From the NCBI GenBank assembly GCA_973895155.1, contig OZ316894.1, positions 12,626,828 to 12,690,827 of the forward strand: a stretch of DNA of 64,000 nt. The letters run 5' to 3'. The DNA comes from Marsupella aquatica. Its lineage: Eukaryota > Plantae > Marchantiophyta. Below are positions 38,163 through 52,800 of this stretch, one piece after another. Each line of letters begins with the position of its first letter. Positions within the stretch are counted from its first letter, which is position 1. Below the pieces are notes generated by a model. The model had not been told where the DNA came from. It saw only the letters and a program-made list of their open reading frames with translations, and did no database searches. The position numbers and the translations under genes are program-made.

Positions 38163-38469
38163 CTCGGGGGCCTCAATCCAAGGGGTGTCCCATATCACGC
38201 TCAAAGTTTTGGGGGAATAAACACCCTAAAAGTTAAGTCAATAAAGTTTTTTTTAAGTAATTCTTTTACCCCTAACTTAATGGAATATTCCAAGAATATT
38301 CCCATATTTGATTTTAAAAAACCCTATGTTCTTATAATTCTTAAAATTGGATTAAAATAGCCCTAATGTTCTTCAACAAAAATTTAAAAGTATTTCACTA
38401 AACCCAATAAAAAAACCCTATACTTATTCGCGCGTGATGGGTCGGAAGAAAAGAAGTGAGGACCCCGGG
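38163..38469. mobile_element. MITE family X copy C
   Basis: Ends CTCGGGGGCCTCA...TGAGGACCCCGGG with an 8-bp TSD TCTCTGTT / TCTCCGTT. The interior resembles 31206-31496 (GGAATATT and CCCTAATGTT motifs). Confidence 0.8.
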
Positions 38470-38548
38470 TCTCCGTTTTCTCCTTGCAACAGCTTGTCAT
38501 ACAAGAACACTCCTTGAAATTGTTAAAACCGGGCGTCATTGTTGAAGT

Positions 38549-38860
38549 CCCTAAGTTGTCCAATTCAACAATTAGATTTCTGATAACATCAGCCTTTGAT
38601 TCAACCCAACTCATCCCATTTGCCTGGCTGAAAATTTGTGAGCTTTAAAGTTAAATTCAACTTGATACAATTCCACTTGGCTAGACTCAGTTGGTTCTCT
38701 GTTGAATTCCCTAAGTTGTCAATTTTGTTTTTGATAACATCAGACTTTGATTCAACTCAACTCATTCCATTTGTGGGGTTGGAAATCTGTGGGCTTTAAA
38801 GTTAAAGTCAACTTTATACAATTCCACTTGGCCAGACTCAGTTGGTTATCTGTTTAAATG
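38549..38860 (+). repeat. Tandem duplication, ~160-bp unit x2
   Basis: CCCTAAGTTGTC...TGATAACATCAG...GCTTTAAAGTTAAA...ATACAATTCCACTTGGC.AGACTCAGTTGGTT occurs twice. Confidence 0.85.
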
Positions 38861-40100
38861 TCGCTATTCCTTGTCATAATTTAAAGGTTGGGAATCCATC
38901 AACTTTCAAATTCAGTACAACAAAACTGTCTCATTCATTTTGTTCGATCTCACCGTCCCCTTTTCGCAACTGTCTAAGTGAGTGTCTTTTGGTCGGTTGT
39001 AGAATTATGGTTAAATCATTGTTTAAACACTCATAAATGTAATACAATTTTGGGAAAATATGTTTTGCTGATTTGCTGAAAGTGAATGAAACAGTTACTC
39101 ATGAAACATTTTCTAGGTGCTGTTTGTATTTTAGTTACTTTTTACTTTTCTTTTATGGCATGACATCCCAAAGTTTACGGCAAAAGTGACGCAAACATGA
39201 TTGGGGCAGTTATTTTGATTTGCAAAAACAAGTCCTTCGATCTTCTCTTCTCACATTTAGAAAAACTTTAGCCAAAGATTACATGACATTCAGGTGGAGT
39301 GGGTCCTCAATCCGTCTGTTAGTAAATTAATCTGGCACCATTGGCTGCACTTGGCTTTACAAGACCTTGGGGGCAATAAAAGGGTTTTTTGAATCCTTTT
39401 AGCCCCAGGACACTATATTTAGTGTGTACAATGGCACTCCAGTTGATCATTAATTTTTTTGGGGGAACACTTTACTAATATTGGGTGGTTTAGGGGACAA
39501 GTTAGTAAAAAGCTGTTTTTTAATAACCACTTTAAAGCAAGAATAAATTAGTTTTGGATGACTTCATACTTTTGGGTCAATGCTTATTCCTTTATAGAGT
39601 GGTGGCCCCACTTCTCTCCCCACGTGTCATCTTTCTAGTAGACAAGTGTTTAGCTCAACTAATGTGAATACCTTTCAAAACATGGTGGGCATTTCATGTT
39701 TTTGTCAAGATGACCTAGGTTAGCGACATGTAAGTCACTCAAAACCATAAACTTAGAAAATAGAACTCTGAGCTGTAGTTGAAAGTGGAGGGGTTGCCAT
39801 CATCTTTAAAGGTTTGTTTCTCACACCCTTTAGATGTCATCACATTCTTGGGAAGAGATAGCTTAGGTATCCATAGTGTATGAAAATTGGTTTAATTTAT
39901 CTTGAATATAAGGATAAAACAACATATTCTAACCAAGGCTGAGCAAGATTGAAAATAATGTAGACCTAAAGAGTCTCAAAGCTCAAAAATACAAAGGATG
40001 CACCTTGTCCAGAATAGGCTGAAACAAAAATACATATTAAACATCTCGTAAAACATCTCAATACCACAAAATAACCTGAGTAGTCTCCCAAACAAGGCAA

Positions 40101-40176
40101 CACTCTTTGTGTCTTAGGTAACTTAATAGTCCCCTATTGTGTCACTCTTTGTGTCTGACGTAACTTAATAGTCCCC
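40101..40176 (+). repeat. 42-bp tandem duplication
   Basis: CACTCTTTGTGTCT...GTAACTTAATAGTCCCC occurs twice. Confidence 0.85.
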
Positions 40177-43100
40177 AATTGTGTTTTCTAAATCTGATTA
40201 TTGTACTTGTGGACAAACCATCGCTCAAAACACTAAAGCCCTATGTTTATTAAATTTTTCTGTTAGATTTATTTTTAAGATAAGATATAACTGCATCTTT
40301 CCAATCCCTTCCCTTCATATTTTAACTTCAAAAGCCATAGAAAACTTGTGCTATCGTATCATATTCAGATTTATTAAAAGAAGAATTTGCTATCTTAAGT
40401 AATGAAAATGAAACTTTCTTAGAAAATGCAAATTCCAGAACGTAGGCAAGTGGGGAAGAGTCGCGCCAAAGTCTCGAAAAGTGTGTGTGAGGCAAGGGGG
40501 TGTGGGACAGGGCAGGTGAGCCACGGGAGACTGATAAAGATTTTAAAAGTAGATATAATATCAGAATTTGAGTGAGTAATAAATCTGTAGTGGCTCTATG
40601 TGGTCGAGGTCTTTGGTTGATGACAATCAAGTTCAGGGTCCGAGTCCTGACATCAACAATAGAAGCAAAATTCCAACGCCTAATCAAGCAGGTTCATGCG
40701 GAATCATAAAATGAGCCCATAGTTAGAGAATGGGTCTAAGTAGGTAAACTAAAATTCAAGAATACTTGTAAGAAAGAGTTCTACCTAGCTTCAAAATGGA
40801 AGACTAACAAAGACGAGAACCCTTATAGGCCAGAATTAAAATTAAAACAATTCATGAGATAATGGGGTTATTAGACTCTTATACGAAATAACATGGCTTA
40901 ACAGACCCCAGAATTTTCAAACTTTCCCAATAGACCAAACCACATACATCTATGGTACTGCCCTTAGTATTGCCCCTTCCATAAAACAATAGGTCCCGCA
41001 AGTGCTGGAAGCTTTTGTCTGAAATTGAGAGTATGTATATTATAAGGGGAAACTGCCTTAGAGCAAGCCATGTGACTGAATTAGAGAGTCTTGCTTACTC
41101 CACTAGAGTTTGTGCAAAAGTCTTCCAAGCATAGCAAGGTTTGAGCTTGTGACCTCCACAGTACCACTTAAAGTGCACTGCTGGTTCACTCATACGGTAG
41201 GCAAAGTTGCCATTATTTATTTATGCACACAAATTCAAGCCTTCTTTATTAACTGTGTAGGGGTCGTGAAGACAATTTGATAGTGGCAGTCTTGAGTGGA
41301 GGGGGACCGATGGGACCCCCTCCAATTGGTTCTTTTAGTGTGGGGCCAAGTAACGTCAGGGTACCAAGTCACTTATAAGAAGGAGGTATGGGTGCTTAGG
41401 GCTCTAGTGTCGGCACATAAATTCTGCAATGTCATATCTTCTGAGATTCTAGGAGTACCATTAGACGTGGCTGGTTTTACAACCGTAGACGACTCCATCA
41501 CCATGGTAGGAATTGCGTTCTACTAACAAGAATAATATCGTGATTTGGTTGCAATAACCCAACAAAATGACACCATCTGAATGGTGAACATATGTAGGGG
41601 TGGGTTGAGAGGACTTGAAAGGGAGGGGACTGTTAAGCGACAAGCTTTCCCCAGGGAGTCTACTAAGCCATTGTCTCCAATTCCCTTGTAAAAGAGTTAG
41701 TACAAATGAATTGGTGTGGTGCTATGCTCTTGTACACATGCAACCCAATAGAAATGGATTACTCTGGAACCATGTCCATAATATTGACAATTGACCAAGG
41801 AAACACATGCTATGTTATATCTGTGTATCAATAACCTCAAATTTCTCATGGCTACTAAGGCTTGTTTAAATCTCAAAGCTACAAATGTATTGTCATGAGT
41901 TATCACACTAAATTAGTCTGATTACTGGTCCTTTTGAACATAAATAGAGGTGAGTACAGAAAAGCTTGCAAGAAAAAGATCCTTTATTATTCACACTCAT
42001 TTATGATTAGTCCCCTTTCCCTGCAACCCCAAAGTTAAGTGATGCAGGCAGGGTTAGGGTCTAGAGGCTTCACTCTAGACCTAGGCCATGAAAATAGGTT
42101 TCTATCTTGAATTACAAATAAAATTGCATTTTGTGTGATAACATATAATGAACAAGCAGCCCTGTAGGGGGGCACTTGGTTTAGGGTTGAAAATGTCGGT
42201 TGGCTCAAATGATGGATTTCTTCACTTTGCAAAACACCTTGGCTTATGCAATGTTGTATAAGGCAACTAGAAAGCCAATTTAGCAAGACTCCCAAAGTTT
42301 AATATAACGATGACTCTTACATTGTGTGCATGACCAGTGCTTCTTTACTTCCGTTATGATTTGACTTGTGCGCCCAATGCCATGAGGTGCACAGTTGTGG
42401 TTGGGGTCATGTCTTCAAAGCAATGAGGATAAGGTTCATGGAAACCTTGATTCTGTGAGTTTTTTTGTCATCTGACAAGCACCTCTAATATGGCCCATTA
42501 ATTACCTAATATCACAAAAATAGTGGTTGGGGACACCGTGCCATGCCCTGGGGAGTTCAAATTTAATTTCAGGAATTCTCAAATGCCACCAAGTTTGAAT
42601 TTTCTTGCTAAGTCTGCACTCGGTGTCCACTTTTGCATTTTTGGGAAATTTTGACACTCACATATGAGCTTTAACTTACCATTGTTTCTTCTTTGAACAC
42701 TCATCAGCTGTCTTGCTATTTTTCCAAATCTTTCATGATGTTCCTTTGAAATCTGGTGTTAAAAGTTTATTTACATTACTTAAAGGTTACTATTATGCTA
42801 GCCTCTGTCCCATAGCTCTCCTTCCACTCCTTGTACCCTGGGCTTGTACCCTTCACCTGGTTGGGTGCCATACCCAGAGCCCTCCAAAATGTAATGCTTC
42901 CCAAAAAAAGAGTACCCATCCCCCCAAACAATAAAATTTGGTGTTAAGAGTTTATCTGTATTACACAAAGTTGACTTTTAGGCTAGCTAATTCCATCCGA
43001 TAGCCTTATCGTCAACACGGCAGTAGCACTCTGGCCTTCATCCAAAGCCCTCTAGCCTCCACCCAATAGCTCTTTTCCCTCCATCCCAAAGCTCTCGGGG

Positions 43101-44177
43101 CCTCCAGTTTTGGGGCCTCCAGTTTAACACCTTCAGTCCCATAATTTCATGCATTTGAGTTGTTGAGGTTTATTGGCTATCATGCATTTTAGCTTTTTGG
43201 GCAAATGAGTATTTTCCTAGATGACGCAAAGAGCACACTCAGAAGCTTTACCCAGCATCACGCAATGGTTAATTTGTTTTTTCTCCTCTAAGCACAAAAA
43301 TGGGGCAGAAAACACTCAAAAAAGAGCAAAGCTTTGATTTTATGAAACCAGCCAATTTGCCCCTTTGATAGGCTTGTTCTAACCTTGTCACTTACTCACC
43401 CAAAAAATTTGCAAAAGCCGTGCAAAAGGTGGCCATTTGTGCTTACTATCCTCACCCATAAACCCAAAGTAGAGTGGTCTAGCTCAGGTGGCCATGGGAA
43501 TGGGACCTGGAGCTAGCAGGTTCAACACCCACTCTCTCACCAGGTGGGGGGCAAATTGGTGGATATGTGAGTGTGGGGTTTGGCCATATGTCATACAACC
43601 TCTTGTGATTGGGGGCATGCAATATCACAAATTCAGGTTGGGGTTGACTTGCAGGTGGGGGAGTTTAGGAAAAACTTGCATGCAAAACAATTGTTATTGT
43701 TAACATCAATGTCATTAATTATTCATTTGGCCTAAATTTTCAAACCATTGGTGTTGAGAATAAATGTATACAGAATGTTTCTAGTTATTGCATGAGTTGG
43801 AATTCTTGGTTGAGAAGATTACTCCCATGTGTGCAAACAAAGAATTGTGACCATGGCCTAGATATCTGGCCAGTTGCAATATACGAGCTACTTTGGCAGG
43901 TAGCTTGAGCCATGCATTTGACATTGAGCCCAACATTGAGTCTATTTGATGTGATCTCCATTATGAGTAGCGATGATGCACTTCCTTCAGACTGCATCTT
44001 GGTGGAATTATGGCAACCTCAAGCCTTGGCTATTCACCTAAGACCTATAAGAGTAGGTACCAATGCACCCCATCAAAGGTTTTGATTCCAATGGGAAAGA
44101 TATCTATAATGTCTCTCTTATGGATCACTAGAGTGTTATGCCTCTAATAGCCCATATATGCTTCTCCGTTGCACAAA

Positions 44178-44372
44178 AGATGTCAAGGCAAGGCCAAGGT
44201 GTGAAGGTGAGGCCAAGATGTTAGGATGAAGCAAAGATGTTTGAGGCATGGCAAAATTGTCAAGGCGAGTTTACATGTCAAGGTGAGGCAAACTAAGATG
44301 TCGGGGTGAAGCAACATTGTCAAGGCAAGGCAACAATGTCAAGGCAAGGCAACAAAATCCAAGGGAGGCAAG
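44178..44372 (+). repeat. Degenerate ~20-bp tandem repeat
   Basis: Recurring TGTCAAGGCAAGGC(AACA) variants. Confidence 0.65.
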
Positions 44373-47300
44373 GAACTGCAGGCTCAAAGAAACATCATCA
44401 TTTTGGTCAATGTTTTTGTGAAAGTGTTGTTGTCAAGGAGAGCAAACGTTAGAGCAAAGAGACATGAGATGGGTGACAGAGGAGTTAGGAGGGAGTATGT
44501 TTGTTTGCTTGTCAATTTTTAACAATTTGTATCTTTTTTCAAAATTTCAAAATTTATATCAATTTTGTTTCTTGGTTGAAATTATTTCATTGCATGTATG
44601 TATTTTTAGTTTTCATTCCAGGCAGGTTTGGGCAGGCATGGGATACCTTGGGCAGGACGCGGGGGGGGGGGGGGGCGGGACAGGAGCTTGAGCAGACATT
44701 TGAGATTTTGATTTGAGTGCCTAGGTGATCTGATGGTGCCAAAAATATTGAATTTTGATGAAGGTCCAGGGTTGGGTCCCACCTTTTTCTGACTTTGTAG
44801 TAGGACTTTTTTGGTGGGATAGGGTATTATGCGGGTTATTCTAGTGTTTGGTTTTGGGGATTTTTTTTTAGAAACTAGGGGAGGTAACAATTATCCTTAT
44901 CTTATTTCTTCAGTTTGTTGGTCCTACTACCGCTGGTTCACTGTGTTGTGCTTTGCTTACATTAGGTCTCATTTGGTAGTTAGAAAAAGGTAAACCGCTC
45001 TTTTGCCAAATTTGTTTACTGAACAAGAAAAAATGGAAATGAAAGTCATTGTTCATACTAGGGTTATCATAAAAGGAGCTCAATACCTGTACATTGCACA
45101 CAAATTTCATGCCCAATTTCATGGTGAGACAAAGAAGTTTTAGAGACATCTTATGTGTCCTCAACTTCAGGGTTTCTAGGCCAGGAAGTCATTGAGAATG
45201 TGTTGAGGCTAGGAACTAAGTCATTTAGGAAGGTCCTGGCATGGGGCTGAGGCAACATTTTCAGTCCTAATCTTGGGCATTGTATGTTATCATTTGTGTC
45301 AGGGTTGTCATTGCTTCCTTGTTCTTGTTGTGGAAGTCACAATTCATTTAAGCTGGTTTGTCATTGCAGCCAGATGGTTGTAAGTTATGGAAGTGTTGCT
45401 GTTCCGACTGTGTCATCTGTTCACTCATGCTTTGATTGCGGAAGAGTCCTTATTTATTGTTGGGGCAGTTGTTGCAGCTGCAGAATGTTGTTGTTGTTGT
45501 TGCAAAAGTGACTTGGTGCTGGTTGTATTCATGTTTGTTGCAAAATTACTGTCATTGTTGGGGCAGATTCTGGGCACAAAAATGTATCCTTTTTCCTATG
45601 TCCCCTCTCTCCCTTGTTTTCCACTCGCAAGCAAGGTGAAGGGTCCTCTTAAACCAATGCCTACAGTGTGTTGGGGAGGGTATCCCTTTCTACCTCCTTT
45701 TTCCTTTTTCTGCTCTCCACTTGTCTCTCTTCCATTCCGCTCCCCCTCCCCATGCAAGGGCACAGGGGAACTGAGGGCAAAAATCATGAGGTTGGTGTCA
45801 AGTCCCATGAGGGCAGGTCTCACATCACAAGGTGGGGTGCGCAAGGTGCATAAGGCAGGGTATTAAGAGCGGGTTTAGGGGCAGGGGCAGGGCCGGGTGT
45901 GAGGAAAAATCAGGATGTCATCAAATGACCAGGATTGCTTCCCACCCAGGATGCAATCTGTAAACAGACAATGCAGGAAAACCCGCAGGAAATGGGCACA
46001 GTGGTTCCATATAGAGTGTAGATTAGTGCTACTTCCAAAATAGTGTTACTAGTACTACTTATAGGCAATTGCTCCCAAAGGAAAATTAAAAACTAAATTT
46101 CATCGGTTTGCAAAATGACAAGGCACCTATGCGTGATGCTCAACCGGACCAGTATTGCAGTAGAGCTTGCACAAGAAGAATGCCACTGTACGTCCCATTG
46201 CTCTTGATTTAACATTTGTCACTATGTGTGCAACTCTGTGGCAATTCCTTAGGGGTTTGCAGCAACATCCAAAGTGTAGTTTCCGGTGAAGGAACATATG
46301 ATGCAACAAAAAATATTACCCTGTGAAATGTGCAGGGGCAGAGGCAGCATGAAAAGTGTCAGGGTGATGTGAGTCTCTGGTGAGTGAAGCGCGATCAGTG
46401 TAACACAAGTTTATCATTACTAACGCTAATTCATAAGGAGCCCAAATTTTCCATCAGCTCAATTATTGTTATCAACACTAAATGTGGGATGGTGTAGATA
46501 GTCCTGGCACACTTCTAGAAGCGGGGTGGGAGTTTTGACTGAAAGAGGTGAGGTGGAGCTACATGGTAATTCATGGGATGTCAAAAGTTTCAAATGATGT
46601 GTGGGGTAGGCTAGCCATGGTTAGGTTTTTTGGGAGGTAGAAAATATTGTAAGGGACAGCGTTTGTTCAGTCTCGTGAGACCTGTTTGGCCGTACCTGGT
46701 TTAGGCATATATGACAAAGTTACAGTCCTAGTCTGGACCTCCAATCTCATTATGACAAATACCCCTTTGTATGTATGTGCCTATACATGTATGAACAATA
46801 CAACACACAACAAGGGACCATTAACAAGTTGCTGGCTTTGGCTGTTTATAATGGAAGTTTATTCTCAGTAAAATTTCAGTTTGAGTTACAAACTAAACTA
46901 ATGTTAGCTCAGTGAAGAGCTACAGGCTCATACATGATCTCTATTCCAAACAAAGCTCGTATAGGATTTTTAAACTCCCATGGGATCTTCACATGAATTG
47001 AGATAGTAAAATATTTTGATTCTAAATAACACAAAAATACTGTTTTCCTCATGGACCCTGTGAGAAGTGCCTTCCAAATTCCCCGACTCCACGTGCGGCC
47101 ACATCAGCATTTTCCATTACAAAAGAGGATGTCTATATTTTTGCAAATACACAAACATGAATGTGTGTTTGACTCAAGGCCTCCAAAAAGGATTACACCG
47201 TGAACCCATTAAAATTGCCCATAACAACAAACAACAAGGTAAAAACAACAACTAAATTAATAAACCATCAAAATCATGATCAATGAATGGGATCAGACGT

Positions 47301-48851
47301 TGATGATTAAGTATCACATTACTTTAAGTTTGTCTTGATGTATATTTTTTGAGTTTTCATGGTACTGTCCACAAGGTACATCAAAATAGTTTTGAGCCAT
47401 AATTTGTGGTCTCAAGTCCATTCAAGGTGAGATATTTTATGGTACTTCCTAGCTAGGGTAGGTACTCATGATAAAGGTACTCATCCAAAATGTCATCACC
47501 ACAGGTCCAACACACAGGGTCCATGAACTAATTTTCTTTGGGAATGGGGCCAATGAGAGGCTGGGCTAGTTATTTATGATGCAAAATGTGTTTCCTTTTC
47601 ATTTGGACATTTTAGTTCTCTTGGCCGTTTTCCATCTCACCTGGCCATTTCCTTAGCTTGTCACCCTAGGTTCTCTCAGGGGACATTTCAGTTCACACAT
47701 AATTTCCCCTGTCATCCTTTGTTTCTCCTTGCACACAAAAACAGACAACACTTGTATGTCTACAGGCCTCACTTCTCTCAAGGAAGTTATGTTTATCAAT
47801 CAGAACCCCCTGGCTAGCCTGGCTGGTGGGTTATAAGAACAGGGCACCCCTGGTAGCTTTGGTGTTGTAAGACTTGAAGCAAAGTTTTCTGGTGGAAATA
47901 GGGCAAAAGTACACTTGAAGTCTATCTCTGATAATGTGTGAGCTAAGAGCCATCTTACATACCTCAAATGCTCCTTGGCTCCTTGCAGCCCTCCTGATAA
48001 CACCCTTCCTATTCTCCCAGTGGCCACTAACATTAGTAGAATTTTTTAGTGTGGAAAATTTACAAAGAATGGAAGCAAGCTTCTACTCACTTATCCGCAT
48101 GGTATTGAGGCTAAGCATATGGAGAAGAGAAAGTACATAGACATTGTAGCAGAGTAATAAAATTTAGTTAACATCCAAGATAGCTCTAAACTCCTATTAC
48201 AGCCCATAACCCTCTCAAGGCTGCGGGTTACTTTACACTCCAGCCCCAATATTACTTTGTATGCTCACGAAGGGCTCCTGGAACCAGATTCCCCATGCCT
48301 CTCTACTCAGAAGCATAGTCTACATACTAAAAAATTCTGCTACCAGAGAAAATGTGGCCTATGATTTCACTTTAAGGAGCAGGTCCTACACGAACAGTAG
48401 CTCATTTATTGTGCCTTCTTGTATAGATGGCTGGCTTCATGCCTATAAGGCTTCACAAAAATTGGGTGGCACAAATGATCACTCTTCAGCCATGGCAAAC
48501 TTGAGATCCTTTGCATACTCTAAAGTTAAAATGCCCAAGCCAAAATGTGTCATGGATAGAATAAATGTAATAAGATCCCTGTCCATGTTTTTGATAGAAT
48601 AGCATGCCCACATCAGCCAAAAGAGGACCCACAAGGGAACCCCTAGCAGGTGACTAGGCTGAGTGATGAGTTTTGCAAAATGTGCTCGACACAATTTACC
48701 CTGCATGATCATAAGAATAGGTCAAAGTTCAGGGAGGTATATGCTTGATGGGACCCTTGCCAAAACAAATTTACTTGACAGCCCCTACTAAACATTTGTT
48801 ACAAAGTAGGCCCCCCACAAAAATGTTGTTACCAACTAGGCCCCCTACATG

Positions 48852-49530
48852 CACTGTTCACCGTAATTAGTGTGAGTAAGACTAATTTGAGAGCGCCCAT
48901 TTTCAGGGTCTATGCGAGAATTCGTGTTAGTCACAGTAATTCCGAGCAAACACTAATTCCACGCACACCAAATAGTGTTATGTAACATTAATTCACGTGA
49001 CTTTTTGACTCATATCGCACGGCGCCAGAATTGAGGCCATGGGACTTCAAGTGTTCTTGGTAACCAGGCCTCTCATCACAGGCTCTTTGCTAGGGTATTC
49101 AGTTGTCACTCTCATTCAGGCTAACATTGATTGATGAGCTGATGAGCTGATGAGCACAATGTGTGCGATAGTTCAATGTAAGCTGACAGAAAAAGATCCC
49201 TAATAGATGCTTTAGCCTTCACAACTATAGAGCTCGTTGCACCTGCAAATGCTCTACTGTTGGATGTGAAATAAAACTTCCAAAAATGATTGCGCACAGG
49301 AGTGAATGTTGCGGAGCCCTCAAATCCCTCCACGACTACAGAGCTTTCACCTCCAAATGCTCTATAGTAATATGTTGAACAAAACATTTAAACAAAGCCT
49401 AAAAAAAAAGATTTTGAAAACCGACACCTGTTACCTTTGCTTCCTGATCAAGTTCACATAAATTAGTGTGACTAACACTAATTTGGACATAACACAAATT
49501 CCGGCATAACACTAATTATGGTGAACAGTG
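48852..49530. mobile_element. CACTG-ended TIR element (CACTA/EnSpm-like or Tc1/mariner-like MITE)
   Basis: TIRs CACTGTTCACCGTAATTAGTGT and ACACTAATTATGGTGAACAGTG, with repeated subterminal CACTAATT/AATTAGTG motifs. The TSD is ambiguous (TG / TA). Confidence 0.78.
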
Positions 49531-49862
49531 TAGGTTCCGTACATATGGTTCTTATGTGGCGTTTAAATGCATAGTCAACCGTATATTTCCCACCGCAATC
49601 CATCACACACTGCGCCACAGTCCATCGCGTGTACGTCTATGTTTATGTCTTCACATGATTATAGAGTTGTAAGGGATACACCGTTACAAGATAGTGGATT
49701 CGGATAAAATGTAATCTAAACATTTAGTCTAGTTTTTGTAGGCTAGTAAAATTCCCCATTATGATTGACAACATGGTGTCTTTGTTTCACACTTAGACAA
49801 TTTTTGAAAGTTGCAACAAGAAAAAACAACCAATCGTAAAAGATCCTTGGTTCCTTCCATAC

Positions 49863-52800
49863 TGTCACTTGCCTATCCAACGATTAATACATGCAAACCG
49901 TACTTTTCTTCGCTTAAACCGTTGGTATCGTATTACGGGGTCGTGGAGGGACGCTATTTGAAGGATTTTCACACCTAAGGATGAGTATGTTTGATTCCGC
50001 TCCCAAAAGTGTACTTTTTGATCAAGTCTACCGACTGGTCTCTCCGTTTTTGATCAAGTCCAAGGGACTGGTCCTACCATCTACAACTCATGCCCACCGG
50101 GTGAGTGCTGTCACCACCCCCCTCTCATGGACAAGCATACAAACGTTTACAATAAGGTTTGAACACTAGTGACAAGGGCAAATGTTTCCACAACGAAACC
50201 GACCACATGCACTAGGGGAGGGAAACAAACAACACAAGCAACAACAAGTGACACACAAAATATTGGAACCTCAAGCCAAATCCATATCTCTTGGTGTTTC
50301 CCATAACACATGCAAGGGCAACCCGGCCTCCTGTCGTCTGCCCAACTCCTGCCTCCCTGGGACAAGTGCTACGTTCTCCACCTCACTACTCTGGCTTGAA
50401 CTTCACCTAATCGGTGCGCTACTCACAAAAGCTACTCAAAAGCATCAAAGCACTACGCTGAGTTCCCCCCCAAACAACTTCGGGGCTCTCCCCCTAAATA
50501 CCGAAAAACCACACCAAAGCACCCCTCGTGGGGTCACAACGATGGCGGCTACCCTAGCGGCGCCGCTAAAACCCTGCACTAAGAAATCCCTAAACTAAAA
50601 AGGCATGCGGCACACACATGCTGCTAAAACCCTAAACCCTAAACAAGGGGCCGACGGTGCCTTCGACGGCGCCCCAACTGTACTCCGTGAACCCCGAAAG
50701 TGCAAGGCACCCCACAATGGCCGAAACTAGGTGCCCTATCAATTGTACTTTTGAGCTCACCCTTGGATAGCCCTTCTCCTCCTGATCCCGAATCACTCAG
50801 CCGCACTCGCAACGGACATCGGGCGCCTGAGTTATGGTCGTTTTCGTATCACGAAAACACAATTTCGCCGGGCCATAACTTGCTCATCCTGGCTCCGTTT
50901 GAGGAGCGCCGCCCCTTGTGGGAATCAGCTCCGCGAGCTCTTTCCAAAAAGCCTGTGAGTGACCCCTCACAAAAAAGTTGGAAATCCAGAGGCCGTACAA
51001 CCACATCCGTACGACTATCTACTCCTCCTCTTCTTCACTCTCGGTGCCCTGGCTTGTGCCCCGTGAGTGGGCCTCCTCTTCATCACTCACGGGAGTGAGT
51101 GCCACCTCACTTTTCTTCTTCTTTACCGGAGTACTCTTCGTGCTGCCGCTCCCTTGCTTCCTCAAAGTGGCCAAGGCCTGCCACGCCTTGATGTACCCCT
51201 CACCAATGGTGTCCTTCCATAGGGTAGCCTCTTCTCCGGACCGCAACTCCAACGGTAGAACTTGCCCTGTGGCCATGGGAGTCCCGGGGGGTGACAGACC
51301 TGGGTGGCATCCCCGTACTAACCTGAGCCTCCCGTAACGATTTCCGTACCTCCCGGAGCTTCTTCTCCAAGCCCTTGCTCTTCTCCTGACTCTTCTTGGC
51401 TCCATCCAACAAGGGCCCATACTTCCCACTAACCTCCTTCACCACCATCTCAATAGCCTGGGAGATCAAATCCGGGGAAAGTGTGGAGCTAGGTGTGCCG
51501 GGGCTCTTACGTTTCCCCAGACTCAAGGCCTCACTCCTCTTTGCTCGTGTCTCAAAGGCGGCCACCTGACTCCGTAGTGCTCCCACCTGGTTTCTCCACT
51601 CCACCACTTCTCCAGAATTCTGCTTCTCTTTGGCCAATGCTTGTCTCAACGCTCCCACCTCTTCTACTTCCTTGGCCTTGGTGGACAAGGCTCCCTTCGA
51701 GTTGGAGATCTCTACGTGAGCTGCTTGGAGAAGCTTATCCTTCTCATGAATGGTCCCCTCCTTGGCCTTGATCACCTCCTTCAGAGACAGGGTACTCTGC
51801 TCTAACGTCTCTACTCTGGCTGTGGCGTGCTTGAGAGAATCTCTCAATGCGTGGACTAGCTTGAGTCCCTCATGGACTCCCTCTCTGAAATCCCGTAGCT
51901 ATGCCAGGTAAACATCCGGAATGTTGTAGACCAGGGGCTTTTTCGGATCTCCCACGAGTGATTCAAGCCACTCCAACGTGTAGTCCTCATCCTGGTTTTC
52001 TTCTCCTCTATTGTCATCCCCACCAGCCGACGATGATTCCTCCGTGAGCTTCCCTAAAATGGTAGTGGCAATACTCCGGATTTCCGTGGTGAGAGATGAT
52101 CTCGTGTCTTCCTGTCCCGGGGAACCAATCAACCCTTCTGCCCTGGCCAATACAAATGACCCCATCAAATGTACAGCCCCACCTGGTTTCACACTCCCGG
52201 GATCAGCGGCCAACAGCTTCTTCAACCCGTAGTACCACCATCCGTACACATGGGCTGGGTGGTTTTTGATGTCCATAGCTACCACAAAATGCTCTTCATT
52301 CACCACCCCGGATTGCACGTTGCCAAGGACCCGTTGATGAACCTTGGCCAGGAATCCCTTATACTCAACATCCTTGACAGCGGAAAGAGGGATGGCAGTG
52401 GTGGAGGTGGGATTAATCACCCAAGTGGCCACCATCTTCAACGTGAGTTCTCCCCTAATGTGCCGAGGTGTGAATGAGAATTTCTGATTCTCCAGAAATA
52501 GCAGCCTAGCCAACTCCACATGGGGCACTACACGTTTGAGACATTCAAAGTAGATTCCCTCCGTTCGTAACTCCATCCCGGCCTCAATGTCCCAGCTCTT
52601 CTCCGGAGGGATGGTAATCTCCACCTTCATGAATTCTGTAACCCCCGGTGGCTTGGAAAATATTCCGACAATCCTCCATCACCTAATCCCGTCACCTGTA
52701 GCAATGTCAATCCCCTGGCCCGAAACGGCCCCCGTATCCCGATCAATCAATTACCCTCAATTCCCTCAGAAGCCACTCCATGCTGCTGCTGCCAGAGTCA

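Noticed and set aside
51899-51901. Programmed stop-codon readthrough in the solo-LTR ORF
   Set aside because: Other C>T-type stops and a frameshift occur in the same ORF, so mutational decay is the simpler explanation.
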